The translations under genes and the position numbers were made by a program. This document shows positions 38,732-46,096 of a stretch of DNA of 46,096 bases, piece after piece (positions within the stretch are counted from its first letter, which is position 1; each line of letters starts with the position of its first letter). Under the pieces are notes generated by a model, which saw nothing but the letters and a program-made list of their open reading frames with translations, ran no database searches and was not told the DNA's origin. The DNA is from Thermoanaerobaculia bacterium (GTDB lineage: Bacteria > Acidobacteriota > Thermoanaerobaculia > Gp7-AA8): NCBI GenBank assembly GCA_036383875.1, contig DASVNL010000056.1:1-46096 (forward strand), in the 5' to 3' direction.

Positions 38732-41080
38732 ATGCATGCGAGTCGCATGATTCCGCCGCCGCAGATCCCCGCTGAACGAGCGCGCCTGGAAGCACTGGAG
38801 CGTTACTCGATCCTCCATACGACGCCTGAAGAGGCGTTCGATGAGATCGTCGGCATGGCGTCGGACTTCTGCGCAACGCCGATCGCGCTGATCAGTCTCG
38901 TCGACGGCACGCGCCAGTGGTTCAAAGCGCGTCGTGGACTCGATGCGCCGGAGACGTCGAAGGACATCTCATTCTGCGCGCACGCGATCGCGGAGCAGGG
39001 GGTGTTCGTCGTCCCCGACGCGCGGCACGATCCGCGCTTCGCGGACAACCCGCTCGTCACTGGTCCGCCGGACATTCGCTTCTACGCCGGCGCGCAGCTC
39101 ACCACGCCCGACGGCCACAACCTCGGCGCGCTCTGCGTCATCGACCGCGAACCGCGCGAGCTCTCGGTCGTGCAGCAGACCGCGCTGCGCTCGCTCGCTC
39201 GCCAGGTCATCGTGCAACTCGAGCTGCGACGCGAGATCGCGGAACGTTCGAAAGTCGAGCGTGAGCTCGATCAGTTCTTCGATCTCTCGCTCGACCTGCT
39301 CTGCATCGCGAGCTTCGACGGCCGCTTCAAGCGGCTCAATCCCGCATTCGAATCCGTCCTCGGCTACACGGTCGGCGAGTTGCTGCAGCAGCCGTTCCTC
39401 GACTTCGTCCATCCCGACGATCGCGCAATCACGCTCGACGAGCTGAGCAGCCTGCATCGCGGCGTGAAGACGTCGTACTTCGAGAATCGCTTCACGTGCA
39501 AAGACGGCACGTCGAAGTGGATCTCGTGGACCGCGGCGCCGTTGGCGGCCGAGGGATTGATCTATGCGGCGGGTCGCGACATTACGAGCTTGAAAGTGTC
39601 GGCGGAGGAACTGCGGCGCAGCGAGGCGCGGACGCGATCGATCATCGAGCATTCACTCAGCGGCCTGATCACGTCCGACCATCGCGGCATCATCCAGAGC
39701 GTCAACCCCGCGGCGCAGCGCATGTTCGGCTACAGCGCGCCGCAACTCATCGGCAAGAGCGTGTCGACGCTCATCGACGTGCAATACGCGAGCGACGACG
39801 AGTGCCTGCGCGATTTGTGCGAGCGCGCGCTCGGCCGCGTCACCGAGTGGCGCGGACTGCGCCGCAATCGCGAGGCGTTCCCGTGCGAGCTCTCGCTCTT
39901 CGAGTTCTCGCCCGGCGACACGCATCGTCACTTCGCCGCGCACATCCTCGACCTCTCGCAACGTCAGGAAGTCGAGCGCATGAAGCAGGACTTCGTCTCG
40001 ACCGTGAGTCACGAACTGCGCACGCCGCTCACCTCGATTCGCGGCTCCCTCGGCCTGCTCGCATCCGGCGTCATGGGCGAGTTGAATGACGAGGCGCGGC
40101 AGATGGTCGCCGTCGCGGAACGCAACTCCGTGCGCCTCATCGCGCTCATCAACGACATCCTCGATTTCGAAAAGCTCGAGCGCGGGAAGATGGAGATGGA
40201 CATCCGCCCGATGCCGCTCATGCGCATGCTCGAGCGCGCGATCGAGACCATCAGCGCGTTCGCGGTGCAGGAGGGCGTGACGATCGAGTTGCGCTGTCCG
40301 AATGCGCTCGTCGCGTGTGATGAAACGCGGCTTGGGCAGGTGATGCTCAACCTTCTCTCGAACGCGGTGAAGTATTCGAATCGCGGCAGCACCGTCGTCG
40401 TCTCCGCGATCGTCGATGCGAACGGCGCTGAAGTGCGCGTGCAGGATCGCGGTCGCGGCATCGCGCCCGAGATGCAGCATCGCCTCTTTCAACGCTTCCA
40501 GCAGGTCGACTCCAGCGACGCGCGCACTAAGTCCGGCACGGGACTCGGCCTCGCGATCTGCCGCGCGATCGTCAATCAACATGGCGGCCAGATCGGCGTG
40601 CAGAGTCGCGAGGGCGAGGGGAGCACGTTCTGGTTCCGCCTGCGCAGCGCCGTCGAATCCGCCGAGCATGCGTCGCGTGCGCGTCCCGATCTCGACGTGC
40701 TGATCATCGAAGACGACACCGAACTGCTCGACGTCATGGCGCGACAACTCGCCGCCGACGGGCTCGACGTGCGAACCGCACGATCCGGCTGGGCCGCGCT
40801 CGCGGCGATCGGCGAGCAGGTGCCCGCGCTCATCGTGCTCGACGTCGACCTGCCGGACATCGACGGATTCGGCGTCGTCGCGGAGTTGCGCAATCATCCG
40901 AAGCATCGCAATGTGGCGATGCTCGTCTACTCCGGCATGGACCTCACGACCGCACAGCGGAACCGATTGCAACTCGGCCCGACGCGCTTCCTGATGAAGA
41001 GCCGGTCGAGCGACGGTGAGTTTCGCGCGGTGGTGGCGCAGTTGCTCGACACGATGCGCGCACGGGAGCTCGCGGGATGA
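38732..41080 (+). CDS. hybrid sensor histidine kinase: GAF - PAS - PAS - HisKA - HATPase - REC
   Basis: The GAF region has ERYSILHTTPEEAFDEIV...FYAGAQLTTPDGHNLGALCVID. Two PAS-like segments follow. H-box FVSTVSHELRTPLTSIRG, N-box LLSNAVKYS, G-boxes DRGRGI and GTGLGLAI. C-terminal receiver VLIIEDD...LIVLDVDLPDIDG. Confidence 0.9.
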   Translation: MHASRMIPPPQIPAERARLEALERYSILHTTPEEAFDEIVGMASDFCATPIALISLVDGTRQWFKARRGLDAPETSKDISFCAHAIAEQGVFVVPDARHDPRFADNPLVTGPPDIRFYAGAQLTTPDGHNLGALCVIDREPRELSVVQQTALRSLARQVIVQLELRREIAERSKVERELDQFFDLSLDLLCIASFDGRFKRLNPAFESVLGYTVGELLQQPFLDFVHPDDRAITLDELSSLHRGVKTSYFENRFTCKDGTSKWISWTAAPLAAEGLIYAAGRDITSLKVSAEELRRSEARTRSIIEHSLSGLITSDHRGIIQSVNPAAQRMFGYSAPQLIGKSVSTLIDVQYASDDECLRDLCERALGRVTEWRGLRRNREAFPCELSLFEFSPGDTHRHFAAHILDLSQRQEVERMKQDFVSTVSHELRTPLTSIRGSLGLLASGVMGELNDEARQMVAVAERNSVRLIALINDILDFEKLERGKMEMDIRPMPLMRMLERAIETISAFAVQEGVTIELRCPNALVACDETRLGQVMLNLLSNAVKYSNRGSTVVVSAIVDANGAEVRVQDRGRGIAPEMQHRLFQRFQQVDSSDARTKSGTGLGLAICRAIVNQHGGQIGVQSREGEGSTFWFRLRSAVESAEHASRARPDLDVLIIEDDTELLDVMARQLAADGLDVRTARSGWAALAAIGEQVPALIVLDVDLPDIDGFGVVAELRNHPKHRNVAMLVYSGMDLTTAQRNRLQLGPTRFLMKSRSSDGEFRAVVAQLLDTMRARELAG

Positions 41081-41442
41081 AGGTCCTGGTCATCGACGAC
41101 GAAGAAGACGTGCGCTTCGTCGCGCAACTCTCGCTCGAGCGCGTCGGCGGAATGACGGTCGTGGAGGCGTCGAGCGGGGAGGAAGGCGTCGCGCGCGCAC
41201 GCAGCGAACAGCCCGATTTCATCCTCCTCGACATGATGATGCCGGGCATGGATGGCGCCGCGACGTTCCGCGCTTTGCGCGCGTCGGATGAGACCGCCTC
41301 GATCCCGGTCGTCTTCCTCACCGCGAAGGCCATGGCTGCCGAAGTGCAGCGTCTGAAGGACCTCGGTGCGAAGGGGGTCGTCCTCAAACCTTTCAATCCG
41401 ATGACACTCGCGGCCGAAGTCGCGGCTATCCTGAAGGCATGA
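41077..41442 (+). CDS. single-domain CheY-like response regulator
   Basis: 121 aa with MKVLVIDDEEDVR...FILLDMMMPGMDG...VVFLTAK...VVLKPF. It shares ATGA overlaps with both neighbours. Confidence 0.9.
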   Translation: MKVLVIDDEEDVRFVAQLSLERVGGMTVVEASSGEEGVARARSEQPDFILLDMMMPGMDGAATFRALRASDETASIPVVFLTAKAMAAEVQRLKDLGAKGVVLKPFNPMTLAAEVAAILKA

Positions 41443-42998
41443 CCGAAGGGTTCGGGACCGACCTTCAGGCAAGATTTCGTGAAACCACCCGCGTGCGATT
41501 GCAGGAAATGCGGTCGCATGTCGCCAAGCTCACGAAGGAACCATCCGACGACGCAGCGATCGCCGGACTGGCGCGCGCGTTCCACGCGCTCGCCGGACTG
41601 GGCGGAACGTATGGATTCCCACGCGTTTCCGAGCTCGGCGACGAAGCCGAGTCGTCGATCGCGCACATTGCGCGGCCAGTGCCGGATTCGTTGCTGCAAC
41701 GCTGGCGCGAGATCCTCGACGCCGTCGAGGCGGAGCTCGAGGCGAAGCCCGTCGTCGTGCCGGAGCCGGCGCTGTCGTTCGACGTGCTGCTCGTCGAGCG
41801 CGACGCGGAGTTCGCCGCGACGGTGCGCGCCGCGCTCGAACAGGAGCGCGTGTCCGTGCGCCAGTGCGAGACGCGCGAGGAAGTGCTCGCGGAGCTCGAC
41901 TATCGCACGCCGGACGTGTTGATCCTCGACGTGCAGGATTCCGCGCTCGTCGAAGACTTGCGCAAGTCCGCGGGAGGCGAGAACGCGGGCATCGTCGCGC
42001 TCGGCGACGCCTCGGATCTCAGCGGCAAAGTCCGCGCGTTGCGCGCGGGCGCGAACGTGTTTCTCCCGAAGCCGGCCGACATCCCGCTGCTCGTGCGTCG
42101 CGTCACGGCGTTCCGCGAGCGGCGCCGTCGCGCACCGGCGCGCGTCCTCGCAGTCGAAGACGATCCGACGCAGAGCATGATTCTCCGCAAGGTTCTCGGC
42201 GACGCCGGCTACGCAGTCACCGTGTGCAGCAACGCCTCGAACTTCGAGGACGTGCTCGCGGCAGTCGCGCCGGATTTGTTGCTCATGGACATTCATCTCG
42301 ACACGGGCGACGGCGACGTCAGCGGCTTCGATCTCGTGCGTGTCCTTCGACAGAACGAACAGTTCTCGCACCTCCCGGTGATCTTCGTCTCCGGCGATCA
42401 GGAACGCGGTGCGCTCCTCGGCAGCGCGATGTCGGGCGGCGACACGCTCGTGTCGAAGCCGGTCGACTGGGCGCTGCTCCTCTCGCACATCGCGTCGAGT
42501 CTCGAGCGTGCGAGTGCGCTGCGCGATCGCACGGATCGCGACGCGCTCACCGGCGTGTTCACGCGCGCGGCGTTCACCGCGCGCGCGAATGAACGACTCG
42601 CAGCGCGCGGTCCGCGTCCGCCGCTCGTCGCGATCCTCGATCTCGATCACTTCAAGCGCATCAACGACACGTACGGGCATCTGCAGGGCGACGCGGTGTT
42701 GCGCGCGCTCGGCTCGTGTCTGCGTCGCGGCGTGCGGCAGAATCAGGATCTCGCCGGACGCTACGGCGGCGAGGAGTTCGTGCTGCTGCTCGAAGGAATC
42801 TCAGTCGACGACGGCGTGAAGTTGATCGAGCGTCTTCTCGGCGAGTTTTCGAGCGTCGAGCACGTGCCCGGGCTCAAGGTCTCGTTCAGTGCGGGCGTCG
42901 CGGTGTACGCGGATTCGCTCGAGTCGACGCTGCGTCGTGCGGACGCGGCGTTGTATGAGGCCAAGCGGGCAGGGCGGGCGCGCGTCGTTCCGGCGTAG
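41439..42998 (+). CDS. Hpt - REC(-like) - REC - GGDEF diguanylate cyclase
   Basis: Hpt motif RAFHALAGLGGTYGF. The first receiver-like domain (VLLVERD...VLILDV) lacks the usual acidic pair. The second is a canonical receiver (VLAVEDDP...LLLMDIHL...SKP). GGDEF domain: DALTGVFTR, DLDHFKRINDTYGH and RYGGEEFVLLL. Confidence 0.9.
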   Translation: MTEGFGTDLQARFRETTRVRLQEMRSHVAKLTKEPSDDAAIAGLARAFHALAGLGGTYGFPRVSELGDEAESSIAHIARPVPDSLLQRWREILDAVEAELEAKPVVVPEPALSFDVLLVERDAEFAATVRAALEQERVSVRQCETREEVLAELDYRTPDVLILDVQDSALVEDLRKSAGGENAGIVALGDASDLSGKVRALRAGANVFLPKPADIPLLVRRVTAFRERRRRAPARVLAVEDDPTQSMILRKVLGDAGYAVTVCSNASNFEDVLAAVAPDLLLMDIHLDTGDGDVSGFDLVRVLRQNEQFSHLPVIFVSGDQERGALLGSAMSGGDTLVSKPVDWALLLSHIASSLERASALRDRTDRDALTGVFTRAAFTARANERLAARGPRPPLVAILDLDHFKRINDTYGHLQGDAVLRALGSCLRRGVRQNQDLAGRYGGEEFVLLLEGISVDDGVKLIERLLGEFSSVEHVPGLKVSFSAGVAVYADSLESTLRRADAALYEAKRAGRARVVPA

Positions 42999-43021
42999 TT
43001 TGTGTTAAAACCGCGCCTCTT

Positions 43022-43516
43022 ATGTGGACCGCCCGACGCATTTTGAAAGAGCTCGCCGACGCCGATCGCCGGCGCGCGATTCTCGCCTCGTTCTGGAAGT
43101 ACGCCGATCAGCAGCAGAAGCTCGTCGTCCAGATGCACCTCGCCAAAGCCCTGCACTTCCGCGATGAAACGATCCGGAAGATGCCGCCCGAAAAGAAAGC
43201 CGACCTCCTCGCGACGCGCATCGGCATCGCGGAGTTCGAACAGTTCTTCGAGATGGCGCTCATGCACTACCACACGCACGAGAAGAACGAGATGATGGCC
43301 GCGTTCCTCGACCGCTGGAACGTCCCGCACGACAACGGCTCGATCGAGACCGACGACTACACGCCGCCGACGCCGGACCAGGTCCGCGAAGCCGCGAAGG
43401 AATTGGAGTCGACGTACGACCGCGCGGACATCCGAACGTATCTCGCGACCGCCGGCCTGCTCATGGCCGACCAGTGGCGCGACGGCACGTGGCCCGTCGT
43501 CGACGAGATGGTGTAG
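43022..43516 (+). CDS. hypothetical cytoplasmic protein (no recognised domain)
   Basis: 164-aa ORF with coding-like composition and GC3 bias. I recognise no motif and there is no signal peptide. Confidence 0.6.
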   Translation: MWTARRILKELADADRRRAILASFWKYADQQQKLVVQMHLAKALHFRDETIRKMPPEKKADLLATRIGIAEFEQFFEMALMHYHTHEKNEMMAAFLDRWNVPHDNGSIETDDYTPPTPDQVREAAKELESTYDRADIRTYLATAGLLMADQWRDGTWPVVDEMV

Positions 43517-43534
43517 CGACTATAAACTCGTGGC

Positions 43535-44458
43535 GTGAACATCCGCGGATGTCTCGCTGTCTGGGTTGTCTGCGCGGCATTGACCGCGCCGGTCGCAGGA
43601 CAGGCGCTGACTCCGGACTTCGTGCACGGCGTCGACTATCGCTTCGAGCGGATGGAAGCGACGCGTACCGTCAAAGACGCGAAGGATCGCGGCAAGATCA
43701 AGCTCGTCACGCTCGTGTACCGCCCGTTGAAAACGGATCGGCACGAGGTCGCGTTTTTCAGCCACGGCTCCACCGGCGGTGAGATCCGTTCGCCCAAGGA
43801 ACCGTGGGAAGGGCCGCCGCTCTCCGTCATTCGCTTCTTCATCGCGCGCGGATACACAGTGGTCGCGCCGATGCGTCGCGGGCGAGGCGAGTCATCCGGC
43901 ACGTACGTCGAGGAGTGCGCGATCTACGCGGGTGAATGCACGCTCGCGCAGCAGACCGCGATGCTCGATCGCACGGTCCGCGAAGCGATGCTCGATTCGT
44001 TCGCGGTGCTCGATCAGGTCGTGTTCGGACGAATCGTTCCGCGCACGTCGAAGATCCTCTTCGTCGGCGTGTCCCGAGGCGGATTCCTGTCGCTGATGCT
44101 GGCGGGCGAGAGGCCGAATCAGGCGAAGGCAGTCGTCAACTTTGTGGGAGGCTGGCTGTCGATCGGAGACAAATACTCAGAAGCCGATAACCAGCAGCGG
44201 ATGTCCGCACAAGCGGAATGGTTCCGCCGCGCCGGGAGCAGTCGCGCGGTTCCGTCGCTCTGGATCTACGCTGCGCGCGACGAGTTGTACGGCGAGACCA
44301 CGACACGCGAGTTCTTTCGGAACTACCAGCAGGCGGGCGGATCCGGCGAGTTCGTGTTCATCCGCGAACATGCGCTTCCGAACGGTCACTTGATCGCCAG
44401 CAACCTTGCAGCGTGGGAAGCGGCCGCGAACAAATTTCTCACCAGCCTCGCCCCCTAG
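43535..44458 (+). CDS. secreted alpha/beta-fold hydrolase (dienelactone-hydrolase/esterase-like)
   Basis: The GTG start gives the signal peptide MNIRGCLAVWVVCAALTAPVAGQA. HGSTGG fits an oxyanion region. The nucleophile elbow is GVSRGG (GxSxG). A C-terminal NGH is a candidate catalytic His. Confidence 0.75.
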   Translation: MNIRGCLAVWVVCAALTAPVAGQALTPDFVHGVDYRFERMEATRTVKDAKDRGKIKLVTLVYRPLKTDRHEVAFFSHGSTGGEIRSPKEPWEGPPLSVIRFFIARGYTVVAPMRRGRGESSGTYVEECAIYAGECTLAQQTAMLDRTVREAMLDSFAVLDQVVFGRIVPRTSKILFVGVSRGGFLSLMLAGERPNQAKAVVNFVGGWLSIGDKYSEADNQQRMSAQAEWFRRAGSSRAVPSLWIYAARDELYGETTTREFFRNYQQAGGSGEFVFIREHALPNGHLIASNLAAWEAAANKFLTSLAP

Positions 44459-44524
44459 ACTTCAGCATCAACTGACCGTTCGCTGAGCGCCTTCCAGCAT
44501 GCAACGTGCAGCGAAGTTTGGGCG

Positions 44525-45010
44525 ATGACGAAGAACCAACGCATTGGCGCGATGGCAGTGTTCGGCGGAGTCGTGGCCGGCGTCGCGATGCTCGGAGGTC
44601 TTTTCAATCCCGGACGTGGCGCGACGCGCGAGTGGTATCGCGAGCTCGAGAAGCCAGGCTTCACTCCGCCCGACGCCGCGTTCGCACCCGCGTGGATCAC
44701 GCTGTACGTGCTGATCGCCATCTCGGGGTATCGCGTGTGGCGCACGGATGAAGGGCGCGATCGGACGAACGCGTTGGCGTTGTGGACCACGCAGTTGGCG
44801 CTGAACGGCGCGTGGAGTCCGTTGTTCTTCGGTGCGAAACGACCGATGCTCGCCCTCGGCGACATCGTGCTGATGCTCGCCGCGATCGCGTCGTACACCG
44901 CGACCGCGCGGAAGGTCGACAAACCTGCCGCGTGGATGATGGCGCCGTACCTCGGCTGGGTCGCGTTCGCAACGGCGCTCAACGCCGAGATCGTGCGCCT
45001 CAACGAATAG
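44525..45010 (+). CDS. tspO: TspO/MBR family tryptophan-rich sensory protein
   Basis: 161 aa with 5 TM segments. It carries WYRELEKPGFTPPDAAFAPAWITLYVLIAISGY, LALWTTQLALNGAWSPLFFG and APYLGWVAFATALN, the characteristic TspO blocks. Confidence 0.9.
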   Translation: MTKNQRIGAMAVFGGVVAGVAMLGGLFNPGRGATREWYRELEKPGFTPPDAAFAPAWITLYVLIAISGYRVWRTDEGRDRTNALALWTTQLALNGAWSPLFFGAKRPMLALGDIVLMLAAIASYTATARKVDKPAAWMMAPYLGWVAFATALNAEIVRLNE

Positions 45011-45014
45011 CGCC

Positions 45015-45581
45015 CTACTTGATCTCCAGCACGCTCCACGACGTGCCGTCCCAGATCAGCGTCGCCTTCGACGTGCGCGGCGTCGCGTAGCGTTCGGCGA
45101 GCATCCCGGTCTTGAACGTCTTCCCGACTTCGTTCGCGGCCCAGTGCCACGTGAAGTCGGCGGACGCGGTGCCGTCGGGGTTCGGCGTGACTGCGGTGAC
45201 GTCGCCCATTTCCTTCTTCGCGAGTGGGACGACGTCGAGGATGCCGTTCTCGCGCATGAGGAAGCGCTTGTCGCCGCGCGACTTCTCCGTCAGCGCGACC
45301 GTGCCGCCGTCCGTTGAGATCCAACCCGCGGCCGCGAGCTCTTTCGCCGACGCGCGCACCGGCTCGCTCGCGGTCGCGAGATTCACCGGAGTCGTGAATG
45401 CGGCGTTGGTGAATTCGAATTCGCCGAGGGTGGCGGAGTTGGCGATGAGCTCCTTCGTCTCGGCGATGGAGGGAGGCGGCGGAGTCGTGGGCTTCGCGGA
45501 CTCCGTGGCCGTCGCAGCGGGTTGTTCGGCTTTGCAGGCGGCGAGAACGAGAAAGGCGAGGGCAACGAGCGCGCGCTTCAT
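45015..45581 (-). CDS. lipoprotein, hypothetical
   Basis: MKRALVALAFLVLAACKAE carries the lipobox LAAC. A Pro/Thr-rich linker follows. There is no recognised domain. Its ATG overlaps the pseudouridine synthase stop (ATGA at 45578-45581). Confidence 0.7.
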   Translation of the reverse strand: MKRALVALAFLVLAACKAEQPAATATESAKPTTPPPPSIAETKELIANSATLGEFEFTNAAFTTPVNLATASEPVRASAKELAAAGWISTDGGTVALTEKSRGDKRFLMRENGILDVVPLAKKEMGDVTAVTPNPDGTASADFTWHWAANEVGKTFKTGMLAERYATPRTSKATLIWDGTSWSVLEIK

Positions 45582-46096
45582 GCGCGGAGTGTAGCCAACT
45601 CCTCGCGCGTCAGCTCGCGTGTTTCGCCGGCGGGAAGATCGCCGAGGAGGACATCGCCGATCGCGACGCGCGCGAGTGAGACGACCTTCGCATCCAGCGC
45701 CTCCACCATTCGCCGCACCTGACGATTCCGCCCCTCGGTGATCGTGATCGCGAAGACCGTCTTTCCGCCCGGATCGCGCAGACGCTCGACGATCGCCGGT
45801 CGCGTCGGACCGTCGCGCAGCTCGATCCCGTCTCGCAGGCGCTGGAGTTGCTCCTCCGGCAAGTGCTTCGACGCCTTCACGTGATACGTCTTCGGCACGT
45901 GATAGTCGGGATTCGTCATCCGCTCCGCGAACGCCGTGTCGTTGGTGAGAATCAGCAGTCCGCTCGTGTCGAGGTCGAGCCGTCCGACCGGAAAGAGGTA
46001 GCGATCGCGATCCGGAAGGAGGTCGTAGATCGTCTTCCGTCCCTCGGGATCGCGGTACGTCGTGAGATATCCCGCGGGCTTGTGCAGCAGCAGATA
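45578..46096 (-). CDS. pseudouridine synthase, RsuA/RluB/RluE/RluF family; the 5' end lies beyond the right edge (partial)
   Basis: The ORF track lists only the internal-Met fragment 45578..45919. The frame stays open to 46096 and reads YLLLHKPAGYLTTYRDPEGRKTIYDLLPDRDRYLFPVGRLDLDTSGLLILTNDTAFAERMTNP...KTYHVK...GRNRQVRRM. It includes the catalytic GRLDxxTSGLL motif. Confidence 0.85.
   Translation of the reverse strand, partial: YLLLHKPAGYLTTYRDPEGRKTIYDLLPDRDRYLFPVGRLDLDTSGLLILTNDTAFAERMTNPDYHVPKTYHVKASKHLPEEQLQRLRDGIELRDGPTRPAIVERLRDPGGKTVFAITITEGRNRQVRRMVEALDAKVVSLARVAIGDVLLGDLPAGETRELTREELATLRA

Overview
GC-rich bacterial chromosomal window with a strong third-position GC bias. The gene content suggests an Acidobacteriota-like origin: a TIGR03436-type VWFA protein, two sortilin/VPS10-like BNR proteins, a TPR Ser/Thr kinase and many lipoproteins. 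That origin is inference only, since no search was run.

I support 31 coding ORFs, or 30 genes if the split thioredoxin pair is one gene. I found no rRNA, tRNA, CRISPR, transposase or integrase. All calls rest on hand translation and motif recognition.

Gene order, left to right:
- a secreted RHS/YD-repeat protein (minus strand, 1..4220). It is absent from the ORF track because it runs off the left edge.
- a VWFA protein and a YfhO-like membrane protein.
- a five-gene minus-strand operon (8465..15465): TonB-dependent receptor, NitT/TauT-type ABC importer and a stand-alone NRPS-like A-T-TE enzyme.
- a MASE1-GGDEF-EAL protein and an orphan secreted protein.
- a divergent adenosine-deaminase-fold protein.
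- a thioredoxin-type lipoprotein interrupted by one in-frame TGA.
- two sortilin-like paralogs flanking a secreted JAMM-motif protein, DUF1499, DUF1295, DUF2277 and an M6 (InhA-like) metalloprotease.
- a Ser/Thr kinase coupled to a pentapeptide-repeat/TIR-like protein.
- a four-gene phosphorelay ending in a diguanylate cyclase.
- an orphan protein, an alpha/beta hydrolase, TspO, a lipoprotein and a partial pseudouridine synthase.

Most interesting observations:
1. The in-frame TGA sits exactly at the nucleophilic-Cys position of a thioredoxin fold and is followed by a SECIS-like hairpin. This is either a candidate selenoprotein or a fresh pseudogene.
2. The importer and A-T-TE genes form one operon, and the A domain lacks the alpha-amino-binding Asp.
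3. A family of large palindromic elements built from GGTTGGC heptads abuts stop codons.
4. The kinase is coupled to a pentapeptide/TIR-like protein.
5. Several -10-like hexamers lie 6-9 nt from start codons, a leaderless-type geometry.
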